DNA of 64,000 nucleotides from Dehalococcoidia bacterium (GTDB lineage Bacteria > Chloroflexota > Dehalococcoidia > GIF9 > AB-539-J10): the NCBI GenBank assembly GCA_046483735.1, contig JAWOCP010000078.1:2802-66801 (forward strand), read 5' to 3'. Both the position numbers and the translations under genes were made by a program. How positions within the stretch are numbered: position 1 is the first letter of the stretch; every line of letters starts with the position of its first letter. This document shows, piece by piece, positions 54,466-63,964 of this stretch. The notes below the pieces were generated by a model. The model searched no databases. It had not been told where the DNA came from and was given only the letters and a program-made list of their open reading frames with translations.

Positions 54466-55200
54466 ATGTTCTACGTTGGTGTAGATGCTTGTAAAGGAGG
54501 TTGGTTTACGGTTAGGCTAAAAGATGCGAATGAGTGGGCGGTCAGTATATTCGAGACGATTGAAGAGCTCTGGCAAGGTTGCAAGAATGCGAAGTTGATC
54601 CTCATAGATATCCCGATAGGTCTGCGTGACAGCGGAAATGGAGAACGTGTCTGCGACAAGGAAGCGAGGAAGCGGTTGGGTAGCAAGCGGAGTAGCAGCG
54701 TATTTCCAGTTCCTTGTCGACCTGCAGTCTACTCAGAATCTTTGGAAAAGGCAAGTGAGATCAACAGACAGAAAACAGGTAGAAGGCTATCCAGGCAATC
54801 GCTGGCAATAATTCCAAGGATCAGGCAACTAGATGAGTTTCTTCCAAATAATAAAGTAGCCGTGTCAAAAATTCGGGAAATCCATCCAGAGATGTGTTTC
54901 TACGGGTTTAATAGTGGGCAACCAATGGAATACTCGAAAAAGATGAACGATGGTTTCAACGAGCGGCTGAATGTCTTGCGTCATGTCTTCCCGGCCACAG
55001 ACGCCGTCGTTGAATACGCTCGACACAACTTCAGGCGCACCAGGTTAGCCAAAGATGATATTCTTGATGCGCTTGTGGCTGCAGTCACAGCATCAAGAGA
55101 AAAGCAAGGTCTTTTGACTATTCCAGAGATACCCGAAATTGACTCCAAAGGTCTGCCGATGGAAATGCTGTACTGCAGATCATGGTGTTCCATTCACTGA
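54466..55200 (+). CDS. DUF429-family (predicted RNase H-like fold) protein
   Basis: MFYVGVDACKGGW…ILIDIPIGL…R.CD.EAR..LG.RSSSVFP.P.R is the typical DUF429 N-terminal pattern. Confidence 0.6.
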   Translation: MFYVGVDACKGGWFTVRLKDANEWAVSIFETIEELWQGCKNAKLILIDIPIGLRDSGNGERVCDKEARKRLGSKRSSSVFPVPCRPAVYSESLEKASEINRQKTGRRLSRQSLAIIPRIRQLDEFLPNNKVAVSKIREIHPEMCFYGFNSGQPMEYSKKMNDGFNERLNVLRHVFPATDAVVEYARHNFRRTRLAKDDILDALVAAVTASREKQGLLTIPEIPEIDSKGLPMEMLYCRSWCSIH

Positions 55201-55390
55201 CACATTCCCGCCACATCACGGACTGTTGAACATTCCTGACTTTCGTGCAATCAGAGATACTCGAGTAACACTCGGGTAACAGGTGTTGACTAATGCCTGC
55301 TAGTTCACTTACTATGCATATTGTTGGGCGCTCATAATAGCAGTATTAGGCGATTTGTCCGAAAACGATTGAACCGATACAGAGCACCAG

Positions 55391-55966
55391 ATGAGTGAGT
55401 ACCCATTAAAGCAGTATCCCTTCGTTGGAGCTTGTGGCCTCGATTGCGGCCTCTGCCCAAGATACTATACTACAGGGTCATCGAGATGCCCTGGCTGCGC
55501 AGGCCCCGATTTTGAACAGAAGCATCCGGCCTGCGGATTCGTTACCTGCTGTGTCAAGCAGAAACACCTTGAAACTTGTGCACAATGCCAAGACTGGGCA
55601 AAATGCGAAAGGGTGAGCCGGAGCATGGAAGGGGCAAAGCAAAGTGACTCTTTTGTATCGCACCGGTCACTGGCGACTAACTTTGCCTTCATCCAGAGAC
55701 ATGGTATTGAGGAATTTGCCCGACAGGAAATGGCTAAGATGGAACTCCTCAGCTATCTTCTGGAACATTATGACGATGGGAGATCAAAGTCTTTCTACTG
55801 CACTGCCTGCCAGCTGATACCTCTGGACAGCTTAAAGGCAACTCTAGCCCAAGCTGAGGCTGAGATAAGCGAGAGAGCTGGCATCAAAGAGAAAGCCAGG
55901 CTACTCCGGGCGGCCATCAGCCGTCGGGCGGATGCCTTGAGTGTCAGTTTGAGGCTAAGAAGATGA
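55391..55966 (+). CDS. DUF3795-like Cys-rich protein
   Basis: Pattern CGLDCGLCPRY…CPGC…C….C…K….C..C….C. Confidence 0.55.
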   Translation: MSEYPLKQYPFVGACGLDCGLCPRYYTTGSSRCPGCAGPDFEQKHPACGFVTCCVKQKHLETCAQCQDWAKCERVSRSMEGAKQSDSFVSHRSLATNFAFIQRHGIEEFARQEMAKMELLSYLLEHYDDGRSKSFYCTACQLIPLDSLKATLAQAEAEISERAGIKEKARLLRAAISRRADALSVSLRLRR

Positions 55967-56221
55967 ATACGCATCAAGCTAGAAATGACCTTAGCTCACC
56001 CTATCTGTGTATATAGGTATCTGGTTGACCTAGCAATAACGCCGCTGCTCCCCGGGAGTTAACAAAACTCGGAGATGTTCAGCTTGCCTGATTCCAACCG
56101 TTGATTGGAGCGCGGAGTATCCCGAATGATCGGGGCAGTCGGGTTCTTGCTGTTGGATATCTAGGCCCAGAAGCGGACACTCTCTGGGCCTGTGGTGCCC
56201 TCCTTGTCCTGTTCGGTCATG

Positions 56222-56530
56222 TTACTCTTCTTTCGATTGTTCCGTCGTTACTGTTCTCTGCGTTGTCTCTGTTGTACTCGTCGTTTCGGACCGTGCCGCG
56301 GCTGCCTCTCTCTGCACTCGTTCTTCTTCTTGTTCTCTTCTCTCAACGACACGGGACAGTTCCAGTGCGGCACCGAAGAGGATGCAGGCGATCAGCACGT
56401 GTGGCCATAATGCTCTCCCGTGTTCGCCCCATGTCCACGTCCGAGACATGACAAACGGGATGTGTAGAATCGTGGCATGGAGTACGACGAGGAAACCTGC
56501 TATGTTCAGCACCCTGCTCAGCGCTTTCAT
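56222..56530 (-). CDS. small two-TM protein with acidic/Thr-rich tail
   Basis: 102 aa. AAGGAG lies upstream. Hydrophobic helices, then EQEEERVQREAAAARSETTSTTETT. Confidence 0.35.
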   Translation of the reverse strand: MKALSRVLNIAGFLVVLHATILHIPFVMSRTWTWGEHGRALWPHVLIACILFGAALELSRVVERREQEEERVQREAAAARSETTSTTETTQRTVTTEQSKEE

Positions 56531-56648
56531 TTTCCTCTCACTCCTTTCAGTGTAGATATCTTACCTTGTTCTGTCAACATTTCTCGGGCTCTTTGTTAAA
56601 GTATGTGGAAATAGCTACGGTATGGTACAAACCCCAGGAGCATCTTTC

Positions 56649-57074
56649 TTAGGTAGAGTCGACCTTCCCTAGACCATAGGAGACTCGCTTGAGCATTGTC
56701 ATCTTGGTGTTGCATCCTACAGTGAAGCTATTGGTGGTACCGTTGTCGTAGTAATTCAAGATCGGATCTCTACAGCGTCTCAAGGTGTTACCCCATCGTA
56801 TTAGCTCGCTATCATCCTCTGACCTGAGATTAAAAATGAGGAGATCTAGAAGCCTGGCTGCCTCCTCTCTAGTTTCCTGTCAGTAGAGTTTTCTTATCTT
56901 CGCTTTGTCCCGGTAAAACGCCTTGAGGCTGGGATATCTCATCAGAAGCTCAGCAACCTTGCTCCTCTGCACCTCATTTAGCTTCTCATAGCCCATCAGG
57001 AATATCTTCCTGGGTGTCTTGATGTCAGCTGGCATCCAGAACCTGCCAGGGCTGTGCAGGTCAAAACCCGCCAC
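56649..57074 (-). pseudogene. ISL3-family transposase C-terminal remnant with in-frame TGA
   Basis: …KIFLMGYEKLNEVQRSKVAELLMRYPSLKAFYRDKAKIRKLY-[TGA 56880-56882]-QETREEAARLLD…WGNTL.R.RDPILNYYDNGTTNSFTVGCNTKMTMLKRVSYGL matches the ISL3 C-terminal pattern. The N-terminal two-thirds is missing. GGCTCTTTGTTAAAG at about 56585 looks like an ISL3-type end. Confidence 0.6.
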
Positions 57075-57113
57075 ATCGGGTAGCGAAGTCTAGCATGCTC
57101 CATCGAGAAAAGC

Positions 57114-57320
57114 ATGGAGGTGCCAATGGGGAACTACTTCAGGATGGCAGACAGCCGCAGAATACAGACACTACTCGGATTAGGCTGGAGCTACCGGCGA
57201 ATTCAGAGGGGGTTCAGAGCGAGGCTGGAGACGGTAGCACGGCACAACCCCAGGCGAGGAGCCAAAAGCGGCCGAAGTGCCCACTGGCCGTATGGCAAAT
57301 GCCGCCAGGCTGCCCGCTAA
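57114..57320 (+). pseudogene. transposase/recombinase HTH fragment
   Basis: …RRIQTLLGLGWSYRRIQRGFRARLETVARH resembles an IS-encoded N-terminal HTH. No catalytic domain follows. Confidence 0.3.
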
Positions 57321-57361
57321 CAGGATAGCCCAAGCCGTATCGTCCCCGGCAGTTGATCCGG

Positions 57362-58831
57362 TTAGTATTTCGATATGGCCCGTATTTGGCGCTGGATCTT
57401 CGCTCGTTGTTGAGGATCGTCTGACAGTTCAAGTGCTCTCTTCAGGTCGGCTATTTCCGTGCCATGCTCCAGAATGTCGTGGTATGCATGCGCTCTGTTC
57501 AGGTATGCAAGGACGCAATCAGGGTTGTATTCTATCTCTTCAGTGAAATCAGCTATCGCTCTTGTGTAGTGTCGTGTTTTGAGGTGAATCCAGCCGCGCA
57601 GGTTATGAGCGTAGGGAAACTGGGCATCTAGTTCAATGGCCCTGTCCAACACAGATACAGCTGATTCGTAGTCCTCATTACTATCGTAGATCATGCCAAG
57701 ATAGAAATGAGCGGCAGCGTTATCAGGATCGGACTTCACGATCTTCTTCAGTCTCCCAACAGCTTGGTCATGTCGACCGTTGTAGAAGTAGGCCATGACC
57801 TTCTCACATCTACGCAGACCGTTCTGCCTCCTGCACATAACTGAGTACTGCTTGGCTTGTTCGACTAACACAGGTTGAGTCGAGTTTTCCAACACCTTCT
57901 CCAGGTCCTTCAGAGCTAGATCATGGTCATCCATCTCATAGTGGCAAATACCCCTGTTGAGATAGGCCGGGAGGTACTCGGAGTCCAGTTCAATCGCCAT
58001 ATCTAGATCTTTCATGGCCAAATCATGTTCGCCTTGGATACCATGTAAAACCCCACGAGCCACAATTGCCGGTATATTCTGAGGGTCGAGCTGAAGGACC
58101 CTGCCAAGGTCGTCCGATGCAGAGGTATGGTCCCCCTGCAACGAATACGCTAGGGCTCTAGTGTAATACGCGTCAACGTTACTGGGATCCTCCTGAATTG
58201 CGGCACTACACCGAGCAATGGTCTCGGCGGCACTTTCTCTAGCTTCTGGGTCCTCATCAGCCACACGATGCTCGACTTCACTCGATTCCGCGCGTGACAT
58301 ATCAGTGGTTCTACTGGAACCGGATACAGGATTGAGGAAAGCCACAACAGTACAATTCCCCTTCTCTTCAACCCGAAGTAGCCCGATGGGAGGACCATAG
58401 ACGTCCTGTGAGACTTCCCGCTGCATGAGTACGCCGCCCTGTTCATCAAATACAAGGCATGCGCCCAATACGAATTGTGTTTTCTCCGCGCAATAAGGGC
58501 ATACGACTGGGAATTCTAGGTCTTCCCATCTTGCGTCCGAGAGAGGTACGGAGTCACCACTGTTCGATACGTCAAACACTTGCTCCACGAAGTAATTGCC
58601 CTGCTTGTCCACTTTCATAAGGACCGCAGGTAGTTTCACCACAGATGAACTGGTTGATTGCCCCTTAGCAAATGGCATATAGATTCCATTTTGATCATCT
58701 ACCAGCGATATGTCAAAACACATCGCTTTCTCCCTAAAACATCGGGAGCACTCAAACAGGAATCTCAGCTGCATATTCCTAGTTGGCCCAGGTCCTGTTT
58801 GTTTTCTCCTGAACATATCTAAAAACCCCAT
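57362..58831 (-). CDS. TPR-repeat protein with duplicated N-terminal module
   Basis: The C-terminal two-thirds holds about 8 TPR-like 34-mers (…AYYTRALAY…, …AYLNRGICHYEM…, …AHFYLGMIY…, …AYLNRAHAY…). The N-terminus has two related about 70-aa modules and a CPYC. Confidence 0.7.
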   Translation of the reverse strand: MGFLDMFRRKQTGPGPTRNMQLRFLFECSRCFREKAMCFDISLVDDQNGIYMPFAKGQSTSSSVVKLPAVLMKVDKQGNYFVEQVFDVSNSGDSVPLSDARWEDLEFPVVCPYCAEKTQFVLGACLVFDEQGGVLMQREVSQDVYGPPIGLLRVEEKGNCTVVAFLNPVSGSSRTTDMSRAESSEVEHRVADEDPEARESAAETIARCSAAIQEDPSNVDAYYTRALAYSLQGDHTSASDDLGRVLQLDPQNIPAIVARGVLHGIQGEHDLAMKDLDMAIELDSEYLPAYLNRGICHYEMDDHDLALKDLEKVLENSTQPVLVEQAKQYSVMCRRQNGLRRCEKVMAYFYNGRHDQAVGRLKKIVKSDPDNAAAHFYLGMIYDSNEDYESAVSVLDRAIELDAQFPYAHNLRGWIHLKTRHYTRAIADFTEEIEYNPDCVLAYLNRAHAYHDILEHGTEIADLKRALELSDDPQQRAKIQRQIRAISKY

Positions 58832-59389
58832 CTGTCGCCTCCGGTCTTAGTCAGATGTAATCCGTTGTCACCCCCGATCAGGCCCAATTGTCATTGTGCC
58901 AGCCCGCGCCATGTTGCCGTCACCGTGCCTGTCGAAGAACTTCCAATACACACCTGCAGGTTACAGCCTCTGCTCGCTGCATACGTTACCAACAACAGGT
59001 AATACTAAGGAAATGCTACCATGGCTAGGCAGTTTTGGGAAGTCCTGTCTGTTAGGAGCGTCCATGCCCTCGCCCCGTATTAGGGGTCAACCCAATTCAC
59101 CATCTGGCAAATCTGTTCAGGATAGTCAAGGCTTCCGTATCTGCCTCCAGGTAAGGCATGACGCGGACCACAAAAACCTGTATTTGATGGTAAGGAAGAG
59201 AGGCCCGAATCTCATATCTGCTTTCATCAGTGTTACTGGTTTCCCCGTACACTGAGGGGCTGCGCAAGAGCAACAGTGAGTGGGTTTCTCAAGTTGCATA
59301 AACACGTGGTCTGCTACCTCGCTGCACAATCTAGCGACTTGTGACCTCTCAGCTCGTCAACGTCTTTTGCCGCACCGCGCAGCTACCCG

Positions 59390-59417
59390 TTGACAATTTC
59401 CTTGGTGATGGTATCAT
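59390..59417 (+). promoter_or_regulatory. sigma70-like promoter (TTGACA-16-TATCAT, TGn-extended)
   Basis: -35 at 59390-59395 and -10 at 59412-59417, preceded by TGG. Lies about 160 nt upstream of ATG 59579. Confidence 0.5.
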
Positions 59418-59578
59418 AGTAGCATACGGCCAACAAAGGGTTGGTGGTCAGTGCATTCTTCAGCTGGCTCCACTATGTCGGGCGATTCTCAGGTGGGCAT
59501 GTATCGATGTGAGACGTGGGCTCCCTTTTTTTGCCTCCGTCAGAACAGTCCCCGCTTTCTTGAATCCGGAGGTGTAAC

Positions 59579-62122
59579 ATGAGAACAATGCTTAATCCGA
59601 GGAGGTGCCGTTACCTAGCAAGAGTCGGCACTGTGCTGATTGCGGTAGCCCTCATTGCGGGGACGATAGGCTGTCCTCCGCCTGCTGTTCAATATGAGCT
59701 CACCATATCCAGCACAGAAGGCGGTTCGGTAACCGCTCCGGGTAATGAAGCTCTTGCCTATGACGCTGGCACGGCGGTTGACCTGGTGGCTGAGGCTGAG
59801 GAGGGCTACCGGTTTGTGAACTGGACCGGTGATGTGGAGACCATTCACGATGTCAATGCTGCTTCAACCACGATCACGATGAACGGCAACTATTCAATCA
59901 CGGCCAACTTCGTGGTGGTACATGACCTCACAATCTCCAGCACTAGTGGAGGCTTAGTTACCGCCCCTGGCGAGGGCACGTTTACCTATGAGACTGGTGT
60001 AATGGTTGACCTAGTAGCCGTGGCAGATGAGTGTTACGAGTTCGTCAACTGGACTGGCGACACTGTTGGCGACCCCGGCTCTGCTGCAACCGCCATCACC
60101 GTTGATGCAGCCAAGAGTGTGACTGCCAACTTTGCGCTCCTGAGATACAATCTTACAGCAGACAGCACAGACGGCGGTTCGGTAACTGCTCCAGGTGAGG
60201 GGCCATCTACGTATGACTGTGGAACCACTGTTGCTCTTGTAGCAGAAGCTGACGAAGGGTACCTGTTTGCGAGGTGGACCGGCGATGTGGACTCCATTAC
60301 CGATATCAATGCTGCCTCAACCACGATCACGATGGATGACAACTATGCTGTCACGGCTGACTTTGTTGCAGAAGAAGCCATATACTTCGCAGACCGCAAC
60401 CTTGAAGCAGCCGTCAGGGCGGCCATCGGTGAGCACATGGGCCCCATCTACCCCTCAGACGTGGCGGAACTCACCTCTCTCTCTGCTCGACAGAAGAATA
60501 TCTCTGATCTCACCGGGCTGCAGCAGTGCACCAGCCTGACAGTGCTCAACCTTAGTAACAACCAGATAAGCGACATCTCACCTCTGGCCAATCTCACCCA
60601 CCTGGAAGAACTCCATCTTGGGTGGAATCATATGAGTGATATCTCGCCCCTGGCCAACCTCACCAACCTGACCAACCTTCACCTTTGGGCTAACCGGATC
60701 AGCAACATCTCGGCTTTGGCCGGTCTCATCAACCTGACAGGAGTCTACCTTGGAGGCAATCAGATAAGCAGTATCTCCCCTCTAGCAGGCCTCACCGGGC
60801 TGATCGACCTTAGACTTGGAGTCAATCAGATACAGGATGTATCGCCTATCACCGAGCTCACCATGCTAAAAGGCCTGGATCTTGGGAGTAATCAGATAGT
60901 CAATATTTCACCTCTCGCCGATCTCACCAATCTGACAGAGCTCAACGTTTGTTGGAACCAGATAGTCGATCTCTCGCCTCTGGCCAACCTCACCAGCTTG
61001 ACGGATCTTCGGGCTTGTGGCAATCGGATACGTAGCATCTCGGCGCTGGGCAACCTCACCGAGTTGACCTGGCTCTCCCTTGGGGGTAATCAGATAGGCG
61101 ACCTCTCACCTCTGGCTAACCTGACCAACTTGACGGGGCTCGATCTTGGCGATAACAATCTGGGCGACATCTCGTCTCTTGCCAACCTTGCCAACCTGAC
61201 AGAAATCCGGCTCGATACCAACAGGATAAGCGACGTCTCGCCATTGGCCAACCTAACACACCTGAGGCGACTGGACCTCGGTCAGAACAGGATAAGCGAT
61301 GTCTCGCCTCTGGCCAACCTCGCCAACCTGACGGAGTTGGATCTTGGCTATAACGAGATAGACAACATCTCGCCTCTGGGTGCCCTCTACGGCCTTACAT
61401 ACCTCTACCTTCATGAGAACCGCCTTACCGATGTCCCATCGCTGGCCGACCTCACCGGCCTGATCTGGCTGTCGCTTTGGGGGAACCAGATAGGCGATGT
61501 CTTGCCTCTGGCCACTCTCACCAACTTGACAGTGATTGAGCTTGGCGAGAACGAGATCAAAGATATCAGTCCCCTGGTGGAGAATGAAGGGCTCTCACAA
61601 GGTGATTATGTTGATCTGCGATGGAATCCGCTTGACTCAGCTTCTATCAACACCCATGTGCCGCAACTTGAGGCGAGAGGGGTCAAGTTCAGTCCGAAGT
61701 TCCCTCTTGTCGAGACCTGTCCCTGTGTACTTGACACTGAATGGATACAGAACCCAGCAACCGGCAACTACTATGCGTTGACCGTTCCAATGAGTTGGAT
61801 GGCTGCCGAGGGATGTGCGCAAGCATGGGGGGGACATCTTGTCACACTCAGCAGCTGGAACGAGGAAACATGGATCAAGAACACATTTGGCCGGTCTGAG
61901 AATTTCTGGATTGGGTTCAACGTTATCGGGCGTGAACGTCGTCCAGATCATTACATCTGGTCCAGCGGTGAACCTGTGACTTACAGCAAATGGGCTTATG
62001 GCGAGCCAAACAACTACCGGGGGGAAGATGCTGCTGTCATGAACTGGCGGGATGGCTGGAATGACCTGAGTAGACATGCCCATCATAGGGCCGTGATCGA
62101 GGTTAACGAGAAGCCAGGCTAG
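59579..62122 (+). CDS. surface lipoprotein: 3 InlB-B-repeat-like modules, about 16 LRRs and a C-terminal C-type lectin domain
   Basis: Lipobox-like AGTIGC. Repeat architecture matches the 43944 product. The C-terminus …WMAAEGCAQAWGGHLVTLSS..EE.WI…FWIGF…W.WSSGEPV.YSKWAYGEPNN…AAVMN…GWNDL carries CTLD hallmarks, including EPN and WND. Confidence 0.8.
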   Translation: MRTMLNPRRCRYLARVGTVLIAVALIAGTIGCPPPAVQYELTISSTEGGSVTAPGNEALAYDAGTAVDLVAEAEEGYRFVNWTGDVETIHDVNAASTTITMNGNYSITANFVVVHDLTISSTSGGLVTAPGEGTFTYETGVMVDLVAVADECYEFVNWTGDTVGDPGSAATAITVDAAKSVTANFALLRYNLTADSTDGGSVTAPGEGPSTYDCGTTVALVAEADEGYLFARWTGDVDSITDINAASTTITMDDNYAVTADFVAEEAIYFADRNLEAAVRAAIGEHMGPIYPSDVAELTSLSARQKNISDLTGLQQCTSLTVLNLSNNQISDISPLANLTHLEELHLGWNHMSDISPLANLTNLTNLHLWANRISNISALAGLINLTGVYLGGNQISSISPLAGLTGLIDLRLGVNQIQDVSPITELTMLKGLDLGSNQIVNISPLADLTNLTELNVCWNQIVDLSPLANLTSLTDLRACGNRIRSISALGNLTELTWLSLGGNQIGDLSPLANLTNLTGLDLGDNNLGDISSLANLANLTEIRLDTNRISDVSPLANLTHLRRLDLGQNRISDVSPLANLANLTELDLGYNEIDNISPLGALYGLTYLYLHENRLTDVPSLADLTGLIWLSLWGNQIGDVLPLATLTNLTVIELGENEIKDISPLVENEGLSQGDYVDLRWNPLDSASINTHVPQLEARGVKFSPKFPLVETCPCVLDTEWIQNPATGNYYALTVPMSWMAAEGCAQAWGGHLVTLSSWNEETWIKNTFGRSENFWIGFNVIGRERRPDHYIWSSGEPVTYSKWAYGEPNNYRGEDAAVMNWRDGWNDLSRHAHHRAVIEVNEKPG

Positions 62123-62422
62123 ACCCTGAGGTGTTCTATGATGTTGCTGTATCGAGCGACCCCAGGAAGATGGAGTTCACTGTTCTGGTCGGTGGTCGCC
62201 TGTGAATGGGCGCGAGGATGGCTTGTGGACCTTCAAACCGACGGTAAGCGAAGTCCCCAAACAAAAGGGCGAGATGTTGGGGCACATTCACAGTAGTACA
62301 CCAGGCCGCCATCGTAGCATCTGATAAGTGAATAGCGGTGGGAGTCACTAGATCTGGACGCCCCTTGTTGGTGCTCTGTGATACAAGCTGTAACGCCTGA
62401 AAGAAATGTAGGGAGGTCTGCC

Positions 62423-63574
62423 ATGGACAATAGGGACGAGGTCATTTTTCTTCTTAAAGACTCAGGAGATCTGGAAAAGGTGCCCATCAGGCGATATGAC
62501 AGTGAAGACCTGCTTCAGTCTCTGATTGAAAGCTATCCAGAACTCCTCGCCGGTGACCAGATCAACCCGGATGAACCTGTTCGCTGGATACTAATCAAAC
62601 GGGAAGCTGGTGTACCTGGTGGCGAGTTGCAGGGTGATCGCTGGTCAACTGATCACCTCCTTCTGGATCAGCAAGCGGTCCCGACATTTGTTGAAACAAA
62701 ACGCAGTTCTGATTCCCGTATCCGTAGGGAAATCATCGGACAGATGTTTGACTATGCAGCCAACGCTCAGCGTTACTGGCCTGCTGATCGGATGAGGTCA
62801 ATGGCTGCGATTCAGCATGGAGGAGCTGAGGCAGCCGACGCCGCTATGATGATGTTTCTTGGTCTTGAATCCGCAGAAGACGTAGTGGCTGAACTCGAGG
62901 CCTATTGGGCTAGAGTCGACGAGAATCTTCGGAACGGGCGTGTGCGTCTAATATTCCTGGCGGATCGCTTGCCGGCGGAACTCCGGCGCGTCATAGAGTT
63001 CTTGAATGACCAGATGACCAAGGCCGAGGTCTTGGGCATAGAACTTACGCAATACGCAGGGTCCAACATAAGAGCCTTAGTTCCCAGAGTGGTAGGACAA
63101 ACGGAGGTGATCCGTCAGAAGAAGCAGACGGCACCCACCAGTAAGAGACGCCTCAACTTGAACGAATTCCTCGACCGCTGTCCTCAAGACACCAGGGATT
63201 TCTTCGCGAATGCCATAACAGAGTCGCAAAAGCGCGGTATGCAGGTTTACTGGGGCACAAGTGGATTCAGCCTCAGGGCTCCGGACCACACTGGTAAGCT
63301 GGTATCACTTTTCTACGGTTTTCCATCTGGAGGCTCAAGTAACGATTCAGCAGTCATCCAAGGGTATGTTGGAAACATTGACGATATTGAATACAGAGAA
63401 CACTTACGGCAACGGCTTCTCGCCATTCCTGGAGTTACTCAGGGAGGAGAATACACAATGAGTATGGACCTTAGCGTTCAGCACTTTGAGAATGCCGAAA
63501 GGCTTCTGCAGCTGGTTTGGGATGTTAGTGCGGAGCTATCAGAGATTAGCCCTCCGAAAGCTGAACAGGAATAG
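62423..63574 (+). CDS. NucS/DUF91-like PD-(D/E)xK nuclease-domain protein with an unknown C-terminal half
   Basis: GGGAGG lies 6 nt before ATG 62423. …EDLLQSLIESYPELL…WILIKREAGVP…STDHLLLDQQAVPTFVETKR…IIGQMFDYA fits the D…E.K core with flanking helices. Confidence 0.55.
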   Translation: MDNRDEVIFLLKDSGDLEKVPIRRYDSEDLLQSLIESYPELLAGDQINPDEPVRWILIKREAGVPGGELQGDRWSTDHLLLDQQAVPTFVETKRSSDSRIRREIIGQMFDYAANAQRYWPADRMRSMAAIQHGGAEAADAAMMMFLGLESAEDVVAELEAYWARVDENLRNGRVRLIFLADRLPAELRRVIEFLNDQMTKAEVLGIELTQYAGSNIRALVPRVVGQTEVIRQKKQTAPTSKRRLNLNEFLDRCPQDTRDFFANAITESQKRGMQVYWGTSGFSLRAPDHTGKLVSLFYGFPSGGSSNDSAVIQGYVGNIDDIEYREHLRQRLLAIPGVTQGGEYTMSMDLSVQHFENAERLLQLVWDVSAELSEISPPKAEQE

Positions 63575-63964
63575 TATGATTATGATCTTGCCTCTGGATA
63601 CTGTCTGAACAAGGATCCAAATAGTGTGGGTCACAGGAGCTCGGATTGGCGTCCAACAATCGTCCACCTTGTGCAATCCGGGCAGCATCGGGCTGAGATG
63701 CTTATCGGCTACTCCGCAAGTCTCTGTACGTCCATCACAGATTCAACGGTCGGATTAGAGGAAAACCTCCGGTTGGTAAGAAAAGACAAGTCAGGTATTG
63801 ACAGTTCTATTATGAGTATATGGTACAATAGCCATACCCGTCAGGGGAGTATAGGGTTGGTGGTCAGTGGATACTTACAGGATAGCGGTCGTTGGCAGGA
63901 TGTTCAGCCGAGCGCATGTAGATATGTGTGCTCGGCGACTTTCTTTTCTGCCACAAAGGAGGTG

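Noticed and set aside
56878-56882. In-frame TGA of the ISL3 remnant as a selenocysteine codon
   Set aside because: It lies in a transposase fragment lacking its N-terminal two-thirds. It is not at a Cys position, and no downstream hairpin was seen. A nonsense mutation in a decaying gene is the simpler reading.
59505-59540. Intrinsic terminator or attenuator in the leader of the 59579 gene (T7 tract at about 59526)
   Set aside because: Only a 3-bp stem (GAG…CTC) can be drawn before the T-run, unlike the 7-bp stem in the homologous leader at 63907-63936.
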